Assembly: GCA_964035545.1 (NCBI GenBank)
Contig: OZ037767.1
Coordinates: 10,922,581-10,986,580, forward strand
From: Bugula neritina
Lineage: Eukaryota; Animalia; Bryozoa
Direction: 5' to 3'
Length of the DNA: 64,000 bases
The stretch's first letter is position 1. Every line of letters begins with the position of its first letter. Below are positions 56,776-64,000 of this stretch, piece after piece. The notes under the pieces are model-generated. The model did no database searches and was not told the DNA's origin. It saw only the letters and a program-made list of their open reading frames with translations. The translations under genes were made by a program, and so were the position numbers.

Positions 56776-57528
56776 TTGTCAACACGGAACCCGGGCCAAC
56801 TCCAACAGAGGGCTGACACGCCCCCGGAGGCCGTCCAGAGCCTCCGCGCCAAACCTGTATGGACTGGTAACGTTAGGGAGCTACCGAAACTCCAGGAAAG
56901 CCTTCCTGGGGTGGTAGCCGACGTGTACCGAGCGAAACAGGAAGGGCGACGACCCAGCGGTAGACAATGGCGACAGGGATGCGCCGAGTTACGGCTGTAC
57001 TGTCAACGTTGGAACTTCCTGCGGGTCGGGCCAGATGGTCTGCTGACCATGACTTTGGCCGCCAACAGCAGACAACCAGCTAGGAAGAGGATCATCTGCC
57101 CAGCTGCCATCCGCCGGGAGTTGATACGGGACACCCACGAGCAGACTCACGGAGGAGTCCAGGGGGTGATCACCAAGCTACAACTCCTGTGGTACTGGCC
57201 CAACATGGAGCGGGACATCCGGCGCAGAGTGAGACGGTGCGAAGTCTGCCAGATCAACAAGCATAGCCGTCTCCCTGGTGAAGCGGGGCGGCAGACGCAT
57301 TGTGCGAGAAGGTCTTGGCAAGCGGAGACTGTCGTCCTGGCCGGAAACACCCCCATGACTCCTCAGGAAGACTTGGCGAGGCAGGAAGGCCACTTCCGTT
57401 CTTGGAAGTGCGCCCACCGCTCCCAACGTCAAGCCTGCCACCACCACCACTTCTGGAACCGGAATCGGGTCCAGAAGTGCAAACCCCCCCTCCCGTGGGA
57501 GGGGCTCCATACGGAGATACCAACGTAG
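56776..57528 (+). pseudogene. Integrase N-terminal zinc-binding (HHCC) region; catalytic core deleted
   Basis: RRELIRDTHEQTHGGV...WYWPNMERDIRRRVRRCEVCQ; similarity stops at WQAETVVLAGNTPMTP. Confidence 0.8.
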
Positions 57529-57922
57529 GAACAACCGTCACAAACAGGCTGGAAAAACCACCCGTGAGACATAACAATCCACGGGTGAGCACACCGCCTC
57601 TCACAGTGACGACGCCTCCAGGACCACACACTAGGCAACCCCCAGCGTGCCTCGGAGACTTCGTACGTGACCGCGTTACAAGCGGCAGTTATGAAAGTCT
57701 AGCGAGGTCTTGTATGGGAAAACAGGCAAAGAGACGTGGGAGTTGTGAACACCACGGAAATCTCAACTTTTGCCTCGGCGGAATCTCACACGAGATTCAT
57801 CCGCTGGAAGTAAAAAGCCCTAGTCACGCTTCACAACCACGCTGCCCGGTCTTTTCCTACGCTGATGTAGTCAAGAGTAGACGTGCCACTAAAAATTAAT
57901 CATTTACCGCTCTCATTCCAAA

Positions 57923-58980
57923 ATGTCCTACTATTCTGGATCGAAGGGTGAGTTAATTATGTTTTTGGTACGGGAATTAGACTACATCAGTCAGCTCTAA
58001 CTACACCAGTTAGCGAGCTGGAGATTCGATAATGAAACACAGTGGTGGGAACACACGTCGACTTTGATTTTAAATAATCTGCCATAGCGAGTGTGTTCTC
58101 GATCAACTATTCATTAGCCTGAATCTCACGAGTGTAACTGAACAGAGTACCTGTCAGGCTGTACACGCCGGCGGTACCTCAGTGTATAATCGTTAACACT
58201 GCTACTCTTTCAGATCACATTCGAGTGACCACCTCCCGGTCACGGGATCAGCCAACCCCTCTACCTATGGAGGAAGAACCTGTGATGGAGAATGGCTTAC
58301 CGGTGGTGCTTCGTCGACGACACCACTGGGTGTCACCCACGACGGAAAGGAGGATTGAAAAAGCCTGGGGACCAAGTGGACCCCACCGGACCTGCCAGGT
58401 CTGCTTCAAGGAGTGCCCGTCACACCGCTCCTTGCATCTGCATGTAGACGCACACTTTCTACTACATTTCTGCCCATGCGGATTCCACGATGTATACCCG
58501 TGCCCTGTGATCGTCCATAAATTGAGCTGCTTCGCCGGAGAGGGCCATATCGTTGATGAGGACTGTTTCCCCCAGTACCTAGACACCATCAAGCCGGTCA
58601 TCAAGAAGGCTATCACACCGGCCGCACTAGTGTCAGGGTTCCAAGTACTACTGTTATCCGCCCGCCATAAGTCTCCTATGGTTCAGGCCCCGTCCACTAC
58701 CCCCGTCAACCCTAGCAACACCCCCGAATCAGAAGGAATGACGATACCCCCAATATCAGAGACTGCTACAATCCCACCAGGACCTAGCCGATTGGCTAGT
58801 GTAGAAGAGCGGCTTGTAAAACTACAAGCCGAGTTTACGCAACTTGCCCCTGACCTGCTGGATACGACGACAGGCCTATACCAGCTGAAGGACTCAGTGG
58901 GGCGACTGAAGCGGAGGCTACGTGCCCGACAGGCTCGACACAGATCACGCTCACTACAAGAGTCAGAGCCCACCCAATGA
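57923..58980 (+). CDS. Retrotransposon accessory ORF3: zinc finger plus coiled coil, predicted two exons
   Basis: ATG TCC TAC TAT TCT GGA TCG AAG G|GTGAGT (57923-57947) and CTCTTTCAG|AT (58214) join in frame with ORF 58225-58980. CQVC-x12-H-x3-H, CPC-x12-H-x3-C, a Pro/Thr linker, and a leucine-heptad plus Arg-rich C-terminus. Confidence 0.75.
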
Positions 58981-59238
58981 GTATGCCTGGGGTAGGCACC
59001 CTTCGGTAAAATGTATCCTCGTCTGTGAAGTGACCCTCTTTCTCTATAGCTGACTAGCTGTGTGTGTTCGACCACCCTGTTTACTTCTATAAATGCTTGT
59101 GTACTCAACTATTTCTCTTCTTCCTTTTTGTGGGTTCAATTATGTATTCTTTTTTGGATTTTTGTATTGTTTTTCTTTGTATGTGTTTTTTTTTGTGTTA
59201 TCAGAAAATAGGGCTTTCTGCTGGGAGGGGGGGGTCGG

Positions 59239-59583
59239 TGTAGTGAGTCATGCAATGTACCAATATGAGAATCGTCCTCTCTCCATTCTGGGAATAATAA
59301 GGCTCCTATGTAGTAACCAATCAGGAGCACCGGAAGATATGCTTCCGACTCATGTGACAATTCCCGGGCAATTGACAATGATCACGTTGTTGTAAGCGAG
59401 GGCTTGAAGTAGAAACATGTGTTAGTAGTGACTGATGTTATAGTGTAATCTGATGTAATGTTTGTTTTGTATTGTGGATAATAAACGTCATTACTCGACA
59501 GCTACCCTAGTAATTGCTAGTAGAATAGCCAACTAAATACGCAAGTAGAAAACTCACGCACAGTAATTGCACGAATTACTACA
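59239..59583 (+). repeat. 3' LTR (full length, 345 bp)
   Basis: Starts TGTAGTGAGTCA after the PPT, contains AATAAA and ends ATTACTACA. Confidence 0.92.
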
Positions 59584-59957
59584 GTGCGATACCAAACCCA
59601 AAATTTAGTAATAAAATTAGAGAGCTTAGACTATTTCAATTTCTCCACTACTGATCCTAAATGAGCTTAAGAGCAATGCTGAGTATTACTATTAGTATTA
59701 CCATGTGATTAGAGTTACTAATTTTTATAGTTTCAGTTCATAAACATAATAATTAAATTTTCCATAATTACTATCCTTATGATTATCATGAAGTAAATTT
59801 GTGTCTGACACCAGGTGTCACTATTGACGGTAAGTAATCTCACTTAACAATGAGGGTCGGAATAGAATTCCCTTGTGCGGAAAACTAATTAAACTATCTA
59901 ATACTGTTTGTTGCCAAATTATTTGCTAATGTGATTTTAATATTTTCCAGTGACTAT

Positions 59958-60250
59958 TGATTTCTGGTGTTCGGTAACAGTGCTGAAGTGTGATAGGGAC
60001 ACGGCTATGGTTCGCCGATTTATATCACAGCAACTGTAGTCAGAGACAGTGACAGAAATCTGATTCCTGATGTTCGAATCGCAGAGACTCGACAGGAATT
60101 CCGCAACGCAAGAGAGTCACTACAGTGGAAAAATGATTTCTGGTGTTCGGTAACAGTGCTGGAGCGTGACAGGGACACGGCTATGGTTCGCCGATTTATA
60201 TCACAGCAGCTGTAGTCAGAGACAGTGACAGAAATCAGATTCCTGGGATT
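59958..60250. repeat. Tandem duplication, period about 177 bp
   Basis: GATTTCTGGTGTTCGGTAACAGTGCTG...GAGACAGTGACAGAAATC.GATTCCTG occurs at about 59959 and 60136. Confidence 0.9.
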
Positions 60251-62039
60251 TGAATCACCGAGATTCAACAGGAATTGCAGCGCAAGTAATCACCATTGAC
60301 AAACCTATAGAAACTAACCACCACTATTGCCAACTCAATAGCAACCTAATCAAAGAGCAGAGTATTTCGCAAAGAATAAAATTTATTATATTTATAAGAG
60401 TCAATTATAAACATTACAACAGGCAACAGTCGACTGACTGCTACTAAAAATTACAACTCTATTTATATCCATATTACGGACGTCTTGGAGCACAAAACGG
60501 ACGTCTTGGGGTACAACCAATTATTTACATACAAAAATTTTATAAAACTCAACAAATTTAATATAAAATTAGCATTACAACTTGTATCAACCAATCACAA
60601 TATATCAAAATTAGTTGACCTAGCTTTGAGTTAGTTAAATTATTGCCAGAATGATTTAACTTGCAAGTCCGATAAAAATCACCTTGACCTAGTCTCTATA
60701 TTCACAATATTGTTATTGGGGGCCGTCAACTTGACGCAACGTGTACTGCTCGATGGCTCTAATAATATTTTTTACTACAATCATAATGATAATCATAATG
60801 CGCAACCTTTTTCTGGGTCTACGACTACTGGTTCTAGTCTCAGTCATTATCACTCAGCCTCACATTGTGACTGTCAGTGTCACTGACAGTCCGAGTGTGA
60901 GTCTTACCTAACAGTCACTGTGACTGCTACTCAACATATCGAACACCAACGGCAACAGTAGCTTAGTGTCAGTGTGAGTGTTACATTTGTCAATTGTTAG
61001 AAACATAAACAGTCACCATCAGTGTTACTGCTACTGTTAGAAATAGGAACTATACGTAGTGAATATCTATAAGACTTACAGATACAGAAGGAGGAGTCGG
61101 TGTGGTATTTGACTATAGTAATAGTTTGCTGTTAAATGTTATACTGTGGTGAATTTTAGCTATCTATATTGTTATTCCCCTAATGAGTTAGTAATCACAA
61201 ATTAGTTATAGCTAGTAGATAACGGCAATGCAATTCGTGCGCATGTAACCAATTATGACTAGCAATTCTTTGAATAGTATGCCGATTAGTTGACGCTGCA
61301 TACTGAGCCATACTTCTAATCGGCATTAGGAGAGCTGACGGCAACTACGACGCTGCATAGTAGCCGCATGGACTGCGACACAATGGACCGCCCGTACTGA
61401 ATGCACTCGATGCGTATGCCTAATCGCATTACCATAATAGGCTGTCGTGCTGGCTATCACTATGCCTACCCAGCCTCACGGTATTACTATTAGTGAGTGC
61501 GTATGGTGTCCTCTATTATGCTGCATTCAGACTACCGTTAAACGTGACCCATGAATACCTTTGATGAGCTTAGAAATGTAACCAACCCATAACATTGTCA
61601 CCATGGCTACTTTAGAATGCCAAAGTATACTTTTAGTTTTGACTATATTCTGGACAAAATCGACCACGGGCAAGTAATTTATATCAAATATTATTCAATA
61701 ACGATGAACTATTTTTGTTAGGTATGTCGATTGTTTACCCATGGCTGCTTTGACTCAACTTCAGTACTTGATTGTGGAAAACATAATAATTTATATTAAG
61801 CCAGTTTTAAATAAATGCAAAATACACTCTGGCAAACAGTAACATTATCAGTAGTACTTGACACACAGCAGACTAGAAAATAACGAAGTTTGCCTATGCT
61901 TTGTTGAGTTTTTTTTCTAAGCAATAGACCCTTTTCACAAGTCTATTTAGGGGCATTTGTATTTTAAAATTGTCTCCTCCCACCGGTCCAAGGGAGGAGA
62001 CAATTTTTTTTCTATAAGGTATCATTGTCATTCTATTGG

Positions 62040-63135
62040 TATCATTGGTACCACTGTTGGGAATTGTTTATAATAACTGCCATACTATCTGGGATGAAAT
62101 GTTTCCAATCCACCTCAAACCTTCTAGTACTCCTGTGAAGTATGCCTGATCCAAATTAGCAAGAGTTTTGCAGATAAATATAATTTTTTACACTGCTTAG
62201 GTAATGGCTACATGCTAATAAGCATCATTACAATATAAGTTTGTTAAATTCAATTCAACCCCTGGTTAACATAACTTTTTTGTAATTAATTAGTCTTTTA
62301 AGCTTAACAATTATGCCAGCTAAATATAAACATCATTATCACAATATTTGACTCAAGTCATGAAAAATACATTTTGTTGAAGGTAGACTTGCATTCATAT
62401 TTTTAGTATTGCACTTGTTTGATAATGTTATAGCATGTATTATGCTTGCAGGTGCTTTGGATGGAAAGCATACTTAAATATAGCCTTGGAGCCGCCTGAA
62501 TTTTTACATGTAAAAAATCAAGCGGCCCTCCATTCAAGGCTCTGAGTTTTTCAACTATAAACAATTACACTCAGTCAATCTTAATATTAACATGGCTATG
62601 TGTGATACCGAGCAAAAATTCACATTTATTGATGTTGATCAACCTGGGTGTTGAAGTGATTCAGGAGTATTTGAAGTTTTGGAAATGCTTTGCTTTATGG
62701 TAAATTATTGCATTTTCTCTCATATTTAAAAGAAACAAGGGCTTTGATTGTGAAAAAATTGTTGATTAAATTTATGTTTCATATGTTTATGTTTATGTTT
62801 CATATGTTTCTACACGTAATTTATCATGTATGTAGGTATATTTACAGGCCATATCTCACTGTCCCATGAAGAATCACTTTAAGATTTTCCAACCCCCCCC
62901 CCTCACACTGCTTTGTGGCTGATAAAACCTTACCATTAAGAACCTGGATTACGACGTGGAGATATCTAGATAAAAAAGACTTTACAACTAAACTATAGAC
63001 TGTCTAGAGTTAGAAGAGCAATTGAAAACGCCTTTGGTGTCTCATCATCTAGATGGAGGCTTCTTCTCACATTAGGGGATCCTGCTAACATAGTTTGTAT
63101 GGTAAAACAATGTGCTTGCTACACAATTTTGTGAA
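62040..63135 (+). pseudogene. PIF/Harbinger (DDE_Tnp_4, HARBI1-like) transposase remnant with introns
   Basis: HCL|GALDGKH (62451), GSEFFNYK, MAMCDTEQKFTFIDV, SDSGVF, HCFVADKTLPL, NYRLSRVRRAIENAFG...RWRLL; multiple stops and frameshifts. Confidence 0.88.
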
Positions 63136-64000
63136 AACTCCGGAGCCTGTACTTTATAGACTGTTGTAGTTCTGTGCACCACTAATTGGGGGTTTATTGT
63201 ATACACGGAATGCTACTGCTTATTTAACTATCAGGTTATGTAAAGAACCGAGATACCTAGTTGACATTTCATCAAAAACTGTATTAGATGTCTAATTACA
63301 TACAATTGGAATCATGCAAAATATTAAAGTACTATAATATCAAAAGCAGTTGTATAAGGTTATCCTTGTTTATCTACAGTTTATATCCAAGAGGTTGGTC
63401 TTGATTAGCCAGTGTAGGGAGTGATGCACGAAGTTGCGGCATTGCTAACAGTGTTGTAGTCTCTTGGAACTTTAGGCCTCATAATACAATACAAGTACTT
63501 AGGTAGTGGGTACTGGGGGGTATACTTTCCACAGCCACTACATAGACCACCCGGATTTGTGGATTCTAAAGATTTGGTTAATGGTAACTGGAGAAATGAA
63601 GATTTTAATTTTAATGTCACTGCAAGATTCTAGGAATTCTACTAGAAGTGCTAACAATAAGAGAGAGAATTTCTGCAGATAATTCAATTCCAATCTGGGC
63701 AGTGTAAAATGGCGGAAAAACTATTAATTAAACCACTTGGAATAGTTGCAAAAATCATTTATTTCAAATAACAGATGTATGTGTTGATAAAATGTCTAAT
63801 TTTATTTAATTATGTAAATAAAAAATACTTTTCTATAGTTTCAACAAATACTAGTATGTAACATGATAATCATGGTCATTAAAAAACGTTGAAGTAACCT
63901 TTTCACTCAAAGCCTCACCAACTGTTTGTAGCAATTTTGCTCGAGTTAAAACTCTTTTAGCTGGTGGCAAATGTCGCAGCTGGGAAGATAGATTTATTGC

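Larger units (their letters stand above)
54344..59583 (+). mobile_element. Non-autonomous Ty3/Gypsy LTR retrotransposon with an extra 3' ORF
   Basis: TG...CA LTRs at 54344-54549 and 59239-59583; PBS TGGTGGCAGCAGTGGGAT (tRNA-Leu type) at 54551; G-rich PPT before 59239; near-matching flanks GTGT/GTGC; gag, protease and integrase zinc-binding domain present; RT and RNase H absent. Confidence 0.93.

Noticed and set aside
54545-59108. Antisense and overlapping ORFs within the LTR element
   Set aside because: Shadow ORFs expected in GC-rich coding sequence; no motifs.
63405-63620. Possible terminal exon on the minus strand (for example the Harbinger partner gene)
   Set aside because: An acceptor-like site is present, but no domain is recognisable and upstream exons cannot be confirmed in the window.

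Overview
AT-rich, intron-rich eukaryotic (invertebrate-type animal) genomic DNA; the species cannot be assigned from the sequence. Most short ORFs in the track are exon fragments or microsatellite artefacts. Reading splice sites by hand gives six gene models: (1) the 3' end of a SEA-EGF-EGF single-pass membrane protein (+, to 2442), with a complete type I hammerhead ribozyme in one intron; (2,3) two tandem secreted heme peroxidases of the 'non-animal' peroxidase-catalase superfamily (-, 4146-7959 and 16978-21108), both with Gln in place of the distal catalytic Arg; (4) a TMEM232-like gene (-, 27233-36290); (5) a divergently oriented D-amino-acid/D-aspartate oxidase ending in SKL (+, 40959-45509); (6) a 3-exon C2H2/C2HC zinc-finger plus coiled-coil gene (-, 48216-50159). 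Its last exon is homologous to an extra ORF carried by two neighbouring Gypsy-type LTR retrotransposons: a decayed copy at about 50.7-53.8 kb and a non-autonomous LTR-bounded copy at 54344-59583, whose extra ORF appears to have its own intron. Other mobile DNA includes a pogo-like transposon nested in a tRNA-like tandem repeat, a Harbinger transposase remnant, a LINE 3' end, several MITE families and many mini/microsatellites. The best candidates for an undescribed system are the retrotransposon accessory zinc-finger ORF with its apparently domesticated host-like copy, and the intronic hammerhead. All exon coordinates are manual predictions without transcript evidence.
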